A stretch of DNA of 42,230 nucleotides from an uncultured Bacteroidales bacterium (GCA_964601385.1 CAZRNJ010000001.1:1-42230); one strand, 5' to 3'. Positions 1 to 9,944 are shown, counted from the stretch's first letter. The notes: a model not told the origin generated them from the letters alone. Program-made: numbers and translations.

Positions 1-311
1 TTGGTTTGGTGTCTCGTTTTGTCGAGTGACGATTTTTTTTTCAGGTTTGCTGTAACCGCCTTGGTGAGATTAACTCCTGTTTGATTGGCTATGCAAACAA
101 GAACAAAAAGTACATCGGCCAGTTCGTCGCCGAGGTCATTGGCCTTGTCGCTTTTTTTGGATGATTGTTCACCATACCTGCGGGCCACAACACGCGCTAC
201 TTCGCCTACCTCTTCGGTTAGCAGTGCCATATTGGTCAGTTCGTTGAAATAGCGGATGCCATATTTTTTTATCCAATCATCAATGGTGATTTGTAATTGA
301 TCAAGTGTCAT
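1..311 (-). CDS. MazG-like nucleotide pyrophosphohydrolase; C-terminus cut by the window edge
   Basis: Not in the ORF track. My translation from ATG (complement of 309-311) reads MTLDQLQITIDDWIKKYGIRYFNELTNMALLTEEVGEVARVVARRYGEQSSKK..DLGDELADVLFVLVCIANQTGVNL. The EEVGE and DELAD acidic motifs are typical of small MazG/YpjD-type proteins. It is open to position 1. Confidence 0.7.
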   Translation of the reverse strand, partial: MTLDQLQITIDDWIKKYGIRYFNELTNMALLTEEVGEVARVVARRYGEQSSKKSDKANDLGDELADVLFVLVCIANQTGVNLTKAVTANLKKKSSLDKTRHQT

Positions 312-313
312 GT

Positions 314-766
314 TTATTCTTTATTTTTTGTGTCTATTAAAATAGTTACCGGGCCGTCGTTTATAAGCGATACTAACATCATAGCGCCAAAAATACCTGT
401 TTTTATCGGTTTGCCGCAATCATGAGCAAGTTGATCCACAAATTTATTATACAGAGGGATGGCTGTTTCCGGTTTGGCCGCCCGGATGTACGATGGGCGG
501 TTTCCTTTTTTTGTACTTGCGTGCAGCGTGAACTGGCTTACTACAAGAATCTCACCCTGCACATCGGTCACCGAAAGATTCATGATCTGGTTTGTGTCGT
601 TAAAAATGCGGATGCGTGCAATTTTGCCCGACAGCCATTCAACATCATTAATTGTGTCGGCATCTTCGATTCCCAGAAAGACAAGCAAGCCATGGGCGAT
701 CGTTGCCTTTTTTACGTTGTTAATGCTCACCGATGCTTCGGATACCCGCTGAATAACAGCTCTCAT
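314..766 (-). CDS. dtd: D-aminoacyl-tRNA deacylase
   Basis: 150 aa. MRAVIQRVSEASV...GLLVFLGI...SQFTL...GNRPS...FGAMM is the canonical Dtd pattern. Confidence 0.93.
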   Translation of the reverse strand: MRAVIQRVSEASVSINNVKKATIAHGLLVFLGIEDADTINDVEWLSGKIARIRIFNDTNQIMNLSVTDVQGEILVVSQFTLHASTKKGNRPSYIRAAKPETAIPLYNKFVDQLAHDCGKPIKTGIFGAMMLVSLINDGPVTILIDTKNKE

Positions 767-772
767 ACCAGA

Positions 773-2200
773 TTAATGTGTGCGTAACAGATTACCTTCA
801 ACATCGTACTGATGTATTTTCCCGTCAAAGGAAAATTTATGAAGTAAAGGAATAATCTCCTCGGCTTTGCCTACAACAATGATGTAGCACTGACCGGGAA
901 GAATGATGCGGCGTGCTGCTGCCATTACATCGCCGGAATTAATTTTTTCAAGTTGTGAAAGGTATTTAATAAAATAATCGTCGGGTAGCTGATAGATATG
1001 CTTCTTTATTGCAAAACGCGCAACTGTCTCTGGGGACTCAAGCGATAAGGCGAAACTGCCGGCGAGATTATTTTTTACTAGTTGAAGTTCAAATTCGGGA
1101 GTTGCCTGCTCAATAATTCTGTTCATCTCGCTGAGTATTTCATGGATGGCGCTGTCGGTAACTGAATTGCGTACGCTGGCATAGGCCTCAAAATAACCGC
1201 ATAGCGGGTCGTATTGCAGATTTGAATATGATCCATAAGTAAATCCGTGCGTTTCACGCAGATTAAGAAACAGGCGATTGCTGCTCCCTCCTAAAATTGT
1301 GTTTGCAACAAGTCCTGGAAAATAATCTGTCTGGCCGATTTTAAAATCAATAGGATAGCAAACTTTTATTACGGATTGAACTGCATCGGGTCGGTCAATA
1401 ACGATAATCTGTCGCTTGCTGGGTGGCCGGGGTTGATTATAGGTGTGGTTTTGTTGGATTCCGGCTTCCCATTTTTCAAAATACTTCGATACAAGTTGTT
1501 CGGCTTCAGCAAGGGTTATGTCGCCTACTATGGCCAGATGGATATTTTGTGGGCGAATATAGGTATTATAGTAATTGATACATTGATCAAGGGTGATGTT
1601 TGCCAGGGTGTATTCTTGTTCAAGTTCACCATACGGATGCTCTTTTCCAAATATGATTGCTTTCATGATGCGCGAAGCAATAAAATCCGGATCGTTGAGC
1701 TTAGCAAGCAACGCAGCTATATTCCGTTGTTTGATTTTATCCAGTTCTTCGTTAGTGAAAACAGCATTGATGAGGATGTCGGAAAGAAGTGCGAGCAATT
1801 TTTCGTTATGTTTACGCAGGGTCGAAGCATATATCTCATTCTCGTTAACCGAGAGTGTAGAGCCAATAAAGTCAACGGCAATGTCAATCTCATCTTTGCT
1901 TAAGGTTTTGGTGGCAGTGCCTAATAATTGATAGGTGTACGAGCGCATTCCGGCATATTCTTTTTCGATTACCGGATCGTGGTATACGAAAAACGAATAG
2001 GTAATAACCGGCAGTTTATGATTCTCAACAAGATAAACTCTCATCCCGTTTTGCAGCGTGAAAGTATTGGTTTTTCCTATTTGTAAATCCGGCGCCGGTT
2101 TTGATCGTGGCTTTTTTGAACGGTCGGTCTGACTTTCTGTTTGCTGGATACAGATAAATATAAGCCCAAATAAGATGAATGTTTTAAACGGATTTTTCAT
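773..2200 (-). CDS. M16 family peptidase, non-catalytic subunit (no HxxEH)
   Basis: 475 aa with a signal peptide and insulinase-like length. It is paired immediately downstream of a catalytic M16 gene, and no HxxEH motif is present. Confidence 0.8.
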   Translation of the reverse strand: MKNPFKTFILFGLIFICIQQTESQTDRSKKPRSKPAPDLQIGKTNTFTLQNGMRVYLVENHKLPVITYSFFVYHDPVIEKEYAGMRSYTYQLLGTATKTLSKDEIDIAVDFIGSTLSVNENEIYASTLRKHNEKLLALLSDILINAVFTNEELDKIKQRNIAALLAKLNDPDFIASRIMKAIIFGKEHPYGELEQEYTLANITLDQCINYYNTYIRPQNIHLAIVGDITLAEAEQLVSKYFEKWEAGIQQNHTYNQPRPPSKRQIIVIDRPDAVQSVIKVCYPIDFKIGQTDYFPGLVANTILGGSSNRLFLNLRETHGFTYGSYSNLQYDPLCGYFEAYASVRNSVTDSAIHEILSEMNRIIEQATPEFELQLVKNNLAGSFALSLESPETVARFAIKKHIYQLPDDYFIKYLSQLEKINSGDVMAAARRIILPGQCYIIVVGKAEEIIPLLHKFSFDGKIHQYDVEGNLLRTH

Positions 2201-2206
2201 TTCGGA

Positions 2207-3541
2207 TTATTCGTAATTGGCAGATTTTTTATTTTTCGACAAATAATACAATACTACTCTGTTTTTTTTCTGAAGATATTTTGCAGCCGCCTGCCGGATT
2301 TGCTGACGGCTTACTTTACGGTAATTATGGATTTCGGTATTTATCAGATTAGTATTTTTATAAAGAGTGTAATAGGTTGAAAGTTTGATGGCCAGATTTT
2401 CGAGGGTTGAATTTCCTGAGTAGTAATCGCTTTCGGCCTTATTTAGCAGTTTAAGGTGTTCGGTTTCGGTGATATCATTATTTATAATTTTTTCGATTTC
2501 CTGGTCTAATGCATTTTTTACCTGACTGATCGAGCTTTCCATATTCGGTAAGCCATAAATAATCAGCAAGCCGGTGTCTTCAAGCGCATATTGATATGAA
2601 GAGACCTCGAGAGCGATCTGTTGTTTGTCCATGATATTTTTATATAAACGGGAACTTTTACCGTCCGACAGCAGTTTCTGAATCATGCTAACTGCATAAT
2701 AATCAGCACCACCGGCCGGAGGTACGTGATAAGCAAAAAATACGGCAGGTACGTTAATATTATCATAAACCGTATCAATGGTTTCATCATTTTTAGGTGG
2801 TTCAAAAATTTTTATATAGGATGGAGGTTTTGGGCCGGGAGGTATTTCATCAAAATATTTCTTTACCAATAACATGGTCTCTTCAATCTGTATATCCCCG
2901 CAAATCGTAAGCACAGCATTTCGCGGCGTGTACCAATAGGTATAGAATTGCATAAATTCGCTGATTGTGGCCATATCAATATATTGTACTTCACCGATGG
3001 GTACCCAGCGATAAGGATGCGCAGTGAAGGCCGATGAAAATATCTTTTCAAGGAACGAACCATAGGGTTGATTTTCGTAATAGGTTTTTCGTTCTTCTTT
3101 GATGATTTTTCGTTGGGTCTCAACGCCTATGCTGTCAATTTTCAGGTGCAGCATTCGTTCCGACTCCATCCACAAACCCATCTCCAGATGATTGGATGGT
3201 AATGTTTCGAAATACGTTGTCCGGTCGAACGTTGTGAAGGCATTACATTTGCCGCCGGCAAACTGGATAAACCGGAGGTAATCGCCTCTGGCGATATTTT
3301 TGCTGCCTTCGAACATCAGATGTTCGAAAAAATGTGCAAATCCATTCCGGTCAGGATTTTCGTTTTTTGACCCGACGTGATACATAACATTAATGGCAAC
3401 AACAGGTACCGAATGGTCTTGCTGGAGTATAACATGCAATCCGTTCGAAAGGTTATACTCGGTAAATACGATTCTGTTGTCGGTCGTAAAACCGGTTAAA
3501 CCCAAAACCAGTATTAAGATAATATGTCTTATTATCTTCAT
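2207..3541 (-). CDS. M16 family zinc peptidase, catalytic subunit
   Basis: Contains the HFFEHLMFEGS (HxxEH) zinc motif. The likely start is MKIIRHIILILVLGL (signal peptide) at 3541; the ORF track extends to 3562. Confidence 0.88.
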   Translation of the reverse strand: MKIIRHIILILVLGLTGFTTDNRIVFTEYNLSNGLHVILQQDHSVPVVAINVMYHVGSKNENPDRNGFAHFFEHLMFEGSKNIARGDYLRFIQFAGGKCNAFTTFDRTTYFETLPSNHLEMGLWMESERMLHLKIDSIGVETQRKIIKEERKTYYENQPYGSFLEKIFSSAFTAHPYRWVPIGEVQYIDMATISEFMQFYTYWYTPRNAVLTICGDIQIEETMLLVKKYFDEIPPGPKPPSYIKIFEPPKNDETIDTVYDNINVPAVFFAYHVPPAGGADYYAVSMIQKLLSDGKSSRLYKNIMDKQQIALEVSSYQYALEDTGLLIIYGLPNMESSISQVKNALDQEIEKIINNDITETEHLKLLNKAESDYYSGNSTLENLAIKLSTYYTLYKNTNLINTEIHNYRKVSRQQIRQAAAKYLQKKNRVVLYYLSKNKKSANYE

Positions 3542-3605
3542 ATTTAAACATAAAAGTAGCATTTTTTATATTATTCAGGGTATTATGGTCAATTATTATA
3601 TTTTG

Positions 3606-3613
3606 TACTTTTG
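3606..3613 (+). promoter_or_regulatory. Candidate Bacteroidota -7 promoter box TACTTTTG (TAnnTTTG)
   Basis: Exact match to the TAnnTTTG consensus about 16 nt upstream of the ATG at 3629. It overlaps the TTG start used by the ORF track, which argues for the downstream ATG. Confidence 0.4.
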
Positions 3614-3628
3614 TGTTTTTATTTAATA

Positions 3629-4558
3629 ATGATGGAACAATCGCCGGAAATATTAGCAGCAGATACACTTGTTCCACAATCGGATACCGCGAGACAACAG
3701 AATAGTATCAGCAGAAGTATGCCGGCTATCTCTGAAAGAGTTGTACGAGGAATGATTAAAACAACTACCTCAGGGGATACAGATACTATTAGGTGGCTCA
3801 TGAAGAAGGAACCTTCTGCGCCTGTTCTGATTCAGTTGCAAGATAGCGCAGGATATAAGAATCGGGATCACATAATATCATCATTACAGGTTGTGCCGGT
3901 CGAAAAACAACAACTATCCAATGACTGGCTTCTTGCTGTCGTCCTTTTATCGGTGTGTGTATTTACGATACTTATTACCGGTTTTAGACGGTATGTAATA
4001 ACCACATTTCAAAGTGTGTTCGATAAGAATTTGGCAACAAAACAATTTAATAACAGGAATATTATCCAGCAGCGAACTTTTATGTTATTGAATTTTTTGT
4101 TTTATCTGAACACTGCCATTTTTGTTACACAGATTTTTATATTCACTCATTACAAACCCATACAAACTGAATACACTATTATTTGTGTTGCCGTTGGGCT
4201 TATACTTTTCTCGTATTATTTAATCAAGCAATTTTCGGCCAGAGTGGTCGGTTTTTTATTTAACACCGATCAGTTTTTTTTGGAATATCAATATAACATA
4301 TTGTTAATTAATAAGATAATAGGTGTTTTTTTGCTGCCTTTCATTATAATTATTCCATTTACAGATATAATTATCAGCAAAACAGTTATTTATACAGGTT
4401 TGGTGGGCATCATTTTTTTTATTATTGTACGAATTTATATGGGTTTTGTAATATTTGTCGAGAAAAGATTACCTCTGTTTTATACATTTTTGTACCTTTG
4501 CATATTCGAAATATTACCCGTACTGATTATTATTAAAGTGGCGAGGATATATTTATAA
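3629..4558 (+). CDS. DUF4271-like multi-pass membrane protein
   Basis: The C-terminal two thirds are strongly hydrophobic with about 6 TM segments. It lies directly upstream of the hemD-like gene, the conserved Bacteroidota pairing. The start was moved to ATG 3629 (MMEQ...) because of the -7 box. Confidence 0.65.
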   Translation: MMEQSPEILAADTLVPQSDTARQQNSISRSMPAISERVVRGMIKTTTSGDTDTIRWLMKKEPSAPVLIQLQDSAGYKNRDHIISSLQVVPVEKQQLSNDWLLAVVLLSVCVFTILITGFRRYVITTFQSVFDKNLATKQFNNRNIIQQRTFMLLNFLFYLNTAIFVTQIFIFTHYKPIQTEYTIICVAVGLILFSYYLIKQFSARVVGFLFNTDQFFLEYQYNILLINKIIGVFLLPFIIIIPFTDIIISKTVIYTGLVGIIFFIIVRIYMGFVIFVEKRLPLFYTFLYLCIFEILPVLIIIKVARIYL

Positions 4559-4598
4559 AGTTGATTATTAGTTAATTGGCTTATAATAATACAATACC

Positions 4599-5354
4599 TT
4601 GAAGATAAAAAAAATACTTATATCGCAGCCAAAACCCGAAAACGAGAAGTCGCCGTATATTGATTTGGCATTGCGTAATAATGTTTGCGTTGAGTTCCGG
4701 CCATTCACCGAAGTATCGGGTGTTTCGGGCAAAGAGTTTAGAACTACGCGTATTGATATCCTTAAGCATACTGCAGTGATTTTCACAAGTAAAACGGCTG
4801 TTGATCATTTTTTCCGTATCTGTGAAGAGATCAGAATTTGTGTGCCCGAAACCATGAAATATTTCTGTGTTACGGAATCTATTGCGTTGTATCTTCAGAA
4901 GTATATTATTTATCGCAAACGGAAAATATTTTTTGGAAAGAATGATTTTACGGATATGATTGATATTCTTAAGAAACATTCAGGCGAATGTTTCTTATTG
5001 CCATCATCGGATTCGAGTAAAAAGGATAACTATAAATTATTAGAAAAGAATAAAATTAATTATACCAGGGCCATACTATATCATAATGTTACTTCAAATT
5101 TAACAGATCTGACCAGCGATTTTGATATGTTTGTTTTTTTTAGCCCGAGTGGAGTTAAAGCCCTTTTTGATAATTTCCCACGGTTTAAACAAAATGGTAT
5201 CCGTATAGCATCTTTTGGCCCGAATACTGCTAAGGCAGTTAAAGATGCAGGGCTGAAGCTTGACATCAAAGCCCCAACACCCGAAGCACCTTCTATGGCG
5301 ATGGCCATTGAGCAGTATATTCAGAAGTTAAATAAAAGCAACGGCAGGAATTAG
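4599..5354 (+). CDS. hemD: Uroporphyrinogen-III synthase family protein (HemD-like)
   Basis: 251 aa. MKIKKILISQPKPE...FTSKTAVDHFF...FFSPSGVK...IASFGPNTAKA is the typical Bacteroidota HemD-like sequence. Confidence 0.78.
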   Translation: MKIKKILISQPKPENEKSPYIDLALRNNVCVEFRPFTEVSGVSGKEFRTTRIDILKHTAVIFTSKTAVDHFFRICEEIRICVPETMKYFCVTESIALYLQKYIIYRKRKIFFGKNDFTDMIDILKKHSGECFLLPSSDSSKKDNYKLLEKNKINYTRAILYHNVTSNLTDLTSDFDMFVFFSPSGVKALFDNFPRFKQNGIRIASFGPNTAKAVKDAGLKLDIKAPTPEAPSMAMAIEQYIQKLNKSNGRN

Positions 5355-5356
5355 CC

Positions 5357-5737
5357 ATGAGCGCTATTGCTGCCTGCAGCCGCCTTCGCGGGCGTAAAGC
5401 CATTGAACAATTATTTATTGGTGGTCGGTCCCTTAATGTTCCTCCTTTACGGGTTGTTTTTACAACAGTTCCTTTTATGGATCAGCAGCACAAAGCAACG
5501 GTTTTTGCATCTATGTCTGTTAGTAAAAAGAAATTCAGGAAAGCTGTTGACCGGAATCTGATTCGCCGGCGTATGCGGGAGGCCTTCAGGCGAAACAACG
5601 CTGCGCTGGCCGGATTCTACAGTAATCAAAGAAAATATTTGTATATGATGATCCAGTTTACAGGAAATGAGAAAACGCCATATACGCAAATTGAAAAAAC
5701 GATGATTGAATTGATCGAACGGTTAACGCGCCAATGA
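5357..5737 (+). CDS. rnpA: Ribonuclease P protein component
   Basis: 126 aa and basic, with a [17 protein letters not shown] motif. It has a 4-nt overlap with yidD. Confidence 0.85.
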   Translation: MSAIAACSRLRGRKAIEQLFIGGRSLNVPPLRVVFTTVPFMDQQHKATVFASMSVSKKKFRKAVDRNLIRRRMREAFRRNNAALAGFYSNQRKYLYMMIQFTGNEKTPYTQIEKTMIELIERLTRQ

Positions 5738-5952
5738 AAGGGATAACTATTGTATTGATTGTTCTCATCAGAGTGTATAAAAAAATTGTATCGCCATGGC
5801 TTCCTCCTTCGTGCAGATATGTGCCTACTTGTTCGCAATATACTGTAGAAGCATTACAGAAACATGGATTAATCAAAGGATTATTTTTATCCATTAAACG
5901 GTTATTATCCTGTCATCCCTGGGGTGGCCACGGATATGACCCTGTGCCTTGA
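5734..5952 (+). CDS. yidD: Membrane protein insertion efficiency factor YidD
   Basis: 72 aa. [31 protein letters not shown] is the YidD signature. Confidence 0.92.
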   Translation: MKGITIVLIVLIRVYKKIVSPWLPPSCRYVPTCSQYTVEALQKHGLIKGLFLSIKRLLSCHPWGGHGYDPVP

Positions 5953-6006
5953 ATCAATGTTTTTATTTTTCGCCTGTTTTTATTATCTTCGCTCACGAAT
6001 TTAAAT

Positions 6007-6083
<77 letters not shown>

Positions 6084-6103
6084 ATACTCAAACCTGGGCA
6101 AGT

Positions 6104-6748
6104 GTGAATTATTTTTTACGTAATCTGATCGCACAGGGAGAGCATCAGCAATTAGAGTTTAAGTTTGAAATTACCGATGCGAAACGTATCGCGCGGACAT
6201 TAACTGCTTTTTCAAACACTGATGGCGGTCGCATTCTCATAGGAGTGAAAGATAACGGAGTGATTGCCGGCGTGCGAAGCGAAGAGGAGTATTATATGCT
6301 TCAGGCAGCAGCTGGTATGTATTGCCGTCCCATGGTTGATTATGCAATCCATCCATTCACCGAAGAGGGCAGAGTGGTGTTGGTTGTGGAAGTCCGTAAA
6401 AATCATGCCACCTGGTTTAAGGCACCCGGAAACGGCAATGAGTGGGTTGTTTATATTCGTGTGAATGATCAGAATTTTGTGGCGGATAAGATCATCATCA
6501 ATGCTCGTAAACGCCGGCGTAAAAAGCAGGGTACTCACATCAGCTACTCCGTTGTTGAGCAAAAAGTGATGGATTATCTGAAACAGGAAAAAGCACAGAC
6601 CGTTCCGGGAATCAGCAGGGCAGCTATGCTCTCTATTCCTGAAACAGAAAAAATTTTGACTGATTTGTTTTCTGTCGGATTGATTTGTCCCAGGTTTGGC
6701 GAAGGGCTAATTATGTATGAGCTTGCAGACCCGGAAAAGAATCATTAA
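6104..6748 (+). CDS. AlbA_2 (Schlafen-type divergent AAA) domain protein with a C-terminal winged-helix-like region
   Basis: LIAQGEHQQLEFKFEITDAKRIARTLTAFSNTDGGRILIGVKDNG.I.G is the AlbA_2 signature. The track ORF start at 6035 lies inside tRNA-Ala. The in-frame GTG at 6104 is the first plausible start after the tRNA. Confidence 0.7.
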   Translation: MNYFLRNLIAQGEHQQLEFKFEITDAKRIARTLTAFSNTDGGRILIGVKDNGVIAGVRSEEEYYMLQAAAGMYCRPMVDYAIHPFTEEGRVVLVVEVRKNHATWFKAPGNGNEWVVYIRVNDQNFVADKIIINARKRRRKKQGTHISYSVVEQKVMDYLKQEKAQTVPGISRAAMLSIPETEKILTDLFSVGLICPRFGEGLIMYELADPEKNH

Positions 6749-6756
6749 ACCGGGAT

Positions 6757-6778
6757 TTTGCAGTTTAAAAACTGCAAA
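6757..6778 (+). terminator. Hairpin after the AlbA_2 gene (TTTGCAGT-TTAAAA-ACTGCAAA)
   Basis: Perfect 8-bp stem 9 nt after the stop codon. No clean U-tract follows. Confidence 0.45.
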
Positions 6779-6859
6779 CAACTCAAACGGTTTTTTCACT
6801 TGAGTCAACTCAACTGAAAAATATGGGTTAAACCCAACGAATTCTTTAGTAACAAATAG

Positions 6860-6880
6860 AAATGATATATTATATCATTT
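6860..6880. terminator. Perfect 21-nt AT-rich palindrome between convergent genes
   Basis: AAATGATATA-T-TATATCATTT, located 19 nt downstream of the stop of the minus-strand gene ending at 6899. Confidence 0.4.
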
Positions 6881-6898
6881 GGAATTGTATAACCGGTA

Positions 6899-8146
6899 TT
6901 AGTGGTTGACTGAAAGTTTAATGGTTTTATCTGATATGCTTACCAGATATATACCCGCTGGTATTTGATGCAATGAAATTTTTGACCGCGTTGTATACAA
7001 GTTTTCTTTCATTATCAACGCACCGGTCATATCCGTAATAGATAATTGCACCGGTAAAGCAGTTCTTTTCAGATTGATCCAAAGGATGTCTTTTGCAGGA
7101 TTTGGATAGATGTTAAAAACATCCATATCTTTTTCTTTTGAGCCCACAGGTTCTTGTGTAGTAGATACTTTAACATTGGCAAAATAAGTTTTAGGTCCAT
7201 TCATAAATAAACGGAAAGCTTTAAAATTATTAAAGTAATTGTAATAGACAGGCAAACTTGTTGCTGATGTTCCATGAGCGCTGTTTAGTTGTGCGATCAT
7301 GGCCATAGTGTCAGATTGCATTTCGGGTGTTTCGATAAAGGTAATGGTTTCGTTCATTGACTCATTATCATTCGAATTTCTGAAGTACCAGGTAATACGT
7401 GTTTTTGTGATGATTACCGAATAGTGTTTCCATGAGCTTGTTGATGCAAGAGTTTTGGTAGTATATTTCATAACACTGCTTAATGGGTAGTTAGGCAGGG
7501 CATTCTCGGGTGAGATGCCGCCAGGGCCCGAAATAAAGCCGGGCAGCCAGTAGGTATTGTTAAATTTTTCAAACTCGCCCAGAAGTGTTTTTCCGCCTCC
7601 GTAGAATAAACTGCCATAGTTGTTTGTTCCCTGTGGTGTCCGGCCCAATACTCTCCAGTTGTATGCCGGCCTGCCAAATGCTGCAGATATTCCCACACTG
7701 TCAAAGTCACCATAGCGTGGCCCGCCGGCAGGATATTCGTACATTAATGCCGGAACGATGCGGTGTGTATTCCCCCCTGTAGTGAGTTGATCCCAAAGGC
7801 AGTCAAATTCTATCTTTATTGTATCATTTGTCCGGCTCAAAGAATAGGGAAATTCGTAATCAATGCAGGTACCGGTTCTAAGTCCTGAAGGATTACTGTA
7901 ATTCAAATATAGAGCTGCCGAATCAGTAGTTGTTATTGCATTGTATGAAGTGGAACTGCCATCTGTTTTCACCACCAAACGAAAAGCCGATGTGATGCTG
8001 CTGTTTGTACCCCATATTAAAAGTTTTGAAAGATCGTGAAATTTAAGAGTGTCGGTAAAGGTGTCGTGTATCACAATGTTCATCTGCGCATTTAGGGTGA
8101 TTGTGAATATAGTTATTATGACTGTGGTAAAAAATTTATTTTTCAT
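6899..8146 (-). CDS. Secreted protein of unknown function with a T9SS C-terminal sorting domain
   Basis: Signal peptide MKNKFFTTVIITIFTITLNAQ. The C-terminus FNIYPNPAKDILWINL...GIYLVSISDKTIKLSVNH matches the type-A T9SS CTD pattern. Confidence 0.75.
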   Translation of the reverse strand: MKNKFFTTVIITIFTITLNAQMNIVIHDTFTDTLKFHDLSKLLIWGTNSSITSAFRLVVKTDGSSTSYNAITTTDSAALYLNYSNPSGLRTGTCIDYEFPYSLSRTNDTIKIEFDCLWDQLTTGGNTHRIVPALMYEYPAGGPRYGDFDSVGISAAFGRPAYNWRVLGRTPQGTNNYGSLFYGGGKTLLGEFEKFNNTYWLPGFISGPGGISPENALPNYPLSSVMKYTTKTLASTSSWKHYSVIITKTRITWYFRNSNDNESMNETITFIETPEMQSDTMAMIAQLNSAHGTSATSLPVYYNYFNNFKAFRLFMNGPKTYFANVKVSTTQEPVGSKEKDMDVFNIYPNPAKDILWINLKRTALPVQLSITDMTGALIMKENLYTTRSKISLHQIPAGIYLVSISDKTIKLSVNH

Positions 8147-8153
8147 GATTGAT

Positions 8154-9785
8154 TTATTTTTTTACAATGATTGAATGATAATTAATTTTATTTTGATTTT
8201 TTATTATTAACAGATATGGCCCGGGTTTAAACATTGCGGCCTGGATTATAGTTTCTGATTGATTTAGCGGAAGGGTTAATATCTCTTGGCCGGACAGGGC
8301 GTGAAGCGATAATCGGTAATCATCATTCCGGTTTTTCCGGGGAATTTGTATAGTAAAATAATTTGTGAACGGATTTGGAGATATTGAAATATTTATTACT
8401 CCGGTGCCGTTTGCATCTGATCTTCTGTTTACCGATTCAATAAATATTTTTCCTTGCGAATACAGGTGAGCAGTATTCCAAACAATACTGTTTCCCCTGT
8501 TGACGATATTAATTGAGTCAAATATTCCATAAACAGATGTTATATCAAACAAATCAAAAGTATCGCCTTGTTGCAGTGTTTGGGATGCGGGAACTTCAAC
8601 TGACAGGGTTCCGCCGAGAGACGCCGAACGCGCAGTAATTTTTTGTTGTATGCCGGTTTGTAAAACCGATCCGGTAACCAGCCGTAAACTGTCTATGCGT
8701 GCCAGAGGTGTGCGAAAAAGAATGGTTCCGCCTGACCCGGAACATAAAATCAGGTTAGGGCTGCTTACATTAATATTTTTATAGTCGATGCGATATCCTT
8801 TATTCGTTGAATCAGTAAATGGATCAACATCAAATGCAAGCATTCCTTCGTTTACGCAAATTACCGAGCCAGTATCAAAGCCGCAATCTCCGGTGATTAT
8901 CAGCGTATCGGCTCCGGTTTTGGTTAGCTGGTTGGGCAGGCCGTTAATCCGGCGGATCATTATTCCGCCCCAGTTAATATAGTAACCGCCTTCGATATAG
9001 TTAGTTTCGGCTCGTACTCCCGAGAGGGTTAATGTTTTATTTGTTTCAACAGTCATGTTCGCATCAATCCATAATCCACCGATGTAATTCTGATTATTAG
9101 TATTGACTTCCCATACCGATCCGGCCTCGTTCTCAAATACCCAGTGTGCATTAACATCGTATGATGATGTGGGTTGGTAAGGTCTGTAGCCAAGTGGTAT
9201 ATTTTGGCTATGGTTGGTAATTACCGTACAGTTGCTGAAGCGGCACGACCCAAGTCCTTTTGGAATTGTAGCAAATGAAGTCAGGTCTGCTATAAATCCT
9301 TCTTCAAATTCAACTGTGCCCGTGCCATCGCCCCATGTCCATATCTGGCGGGCAAAGTAGGCCGTATTGATGACATCAATCGTGGCGTTGCTGCCGATAA
9401 TCAATTTGCCTGTATCCTGTATAACCATTGATGGTTTGGTATTGCCGCCGTCACAATCAAATATACCGTTAAACCGCAGTACTGTTCCGTTACCATGTAT
9501 GCCAATAACAGGACTGTCATTCGAATTATTATCGGATATATTTACATCGGTAATAGAATGGTTCATCGTATTGAAAAGGCGGTTCCGGAAATGCAATCCC
9601 CGGTGAAGCAGTATGGTATCATAATTATTCAGGCGGTTATCGAATTTAAAATCAGTTGTGTCCGGAAAAATCTGTCCGGGCCCGTAATTCAGGTAACCGT
9701 TGATATTGGTTACATTAATTGTGATCTGGGCATGCAGAAATACGCAACTCAGTATTGCAGCGATTGAGCAAAGTATTTTTTTCAT
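8154..9785 (-). CDS. Secreted beta-helix/PATR-like repeat protein with a T9SS C-terminal sorting domain
   Basis: Has a signal peptide. LTKTGADTLIITGDCGFDTGSVICVNEGMLAF resembles autotransporter-associated beta-strand repeats. The C-terminus is ISISPNPFTNYFTIQI...GPYLLIIKNQNKINYHSIIVKK. Confidence 0.72.
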   Translation of the reverse strand: MKKILCSIAAILSCVFLHAQITINVTNINGYLNYGPGQIFPDTTDFKFDNRLNNYDTILLHRGLHFRNRLFNTMNHSITDVNISDNNSNDSPVIGIHGNGTVLRFNGIFDCDGGNTKPSMVIQDTGKLIIGSNATIDVINTAYFARQIWTWGDGTGTVEFEEGFIADLTSFATIPKGLGSCRFSNCTVITNHSQNIPLGYRPYQPTSSYDVNAHWVFENEAGSVWEVNTNNQNYIGGLWIDANMTVETNKTLTLSGVRAETNYIEGGYYINWGGIMIRRINGLPNQLTKTGADTLIITGDCGFDTGSVICVNEGMLAFDVDPFTDSTNKGYRIDYKNINVSSPNLILCSGSGGTILFRTPLARIDSLRLVTGSVLQTGIQQKITARSASLGGTLSVEVPASQTLQQGDTFDLFDITSVYGIFDSINIVNRGNSIVWNTAHLYSQGKIFIESVNRRSDANGTGVINISISPNPFTNYFTIQIPRKNRNDDYRLSLHALSGQEILTLPLNQSETIIQAAMFKPGPYLLIIKNQNKINYHSIIVKK

Positions 9786-9860
9786 CCGTTTGTAATTATT
9801 CCGAATAGTATATATTTCAAATGTATGATTTTTTTTAATCCTTACTATTCTTCAAAGAAG

Positions 9861-9944
9861 TACCCGGAGCCGGAATCGAACCGGCAAGGACTTGCGCCCA
9901 CTGGTTTTTGAGACCAGCGCGTCTACCTGTTCCGCCATCCGGGC
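9861..9944 (-). tRNA. tRNA-Leu (anticodon CAA), long variable arm, no encoded CCA
   Basis: The reverse complement is GCCCGGATGGCGGAACAGGTAGACGCGCTGGTCTCAAAAACCAGTGGGCGCAAGTCCTTGCCGGTTCGATTCCGGCTCCGGGTA. The anticodon loop is CTCAAAA, and the acceptor is identical to class-II Leu tRNAs. Confidence 0.92.

Noticed and set aside
1376-1903. Long antisense ORFs inside confident genes (1376..1903, 14076..14756, 20625..20978, 25267..25800 and others)
   Set aside because: All are embedded opposite strongly supported CDSs (M16 peptidase, rpsA, ugd, phospho-sugar mutase) and have low-complexity or odd composition. They are typical shadow ORFs.
6084-9860. tRNA-bounded interval as an integrated mobile element or genomic island
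   Set aside because: No integrase, transposase or excisionase gene is present, and I could find no direct repeat of either tRNA 3' end at the other boundary.
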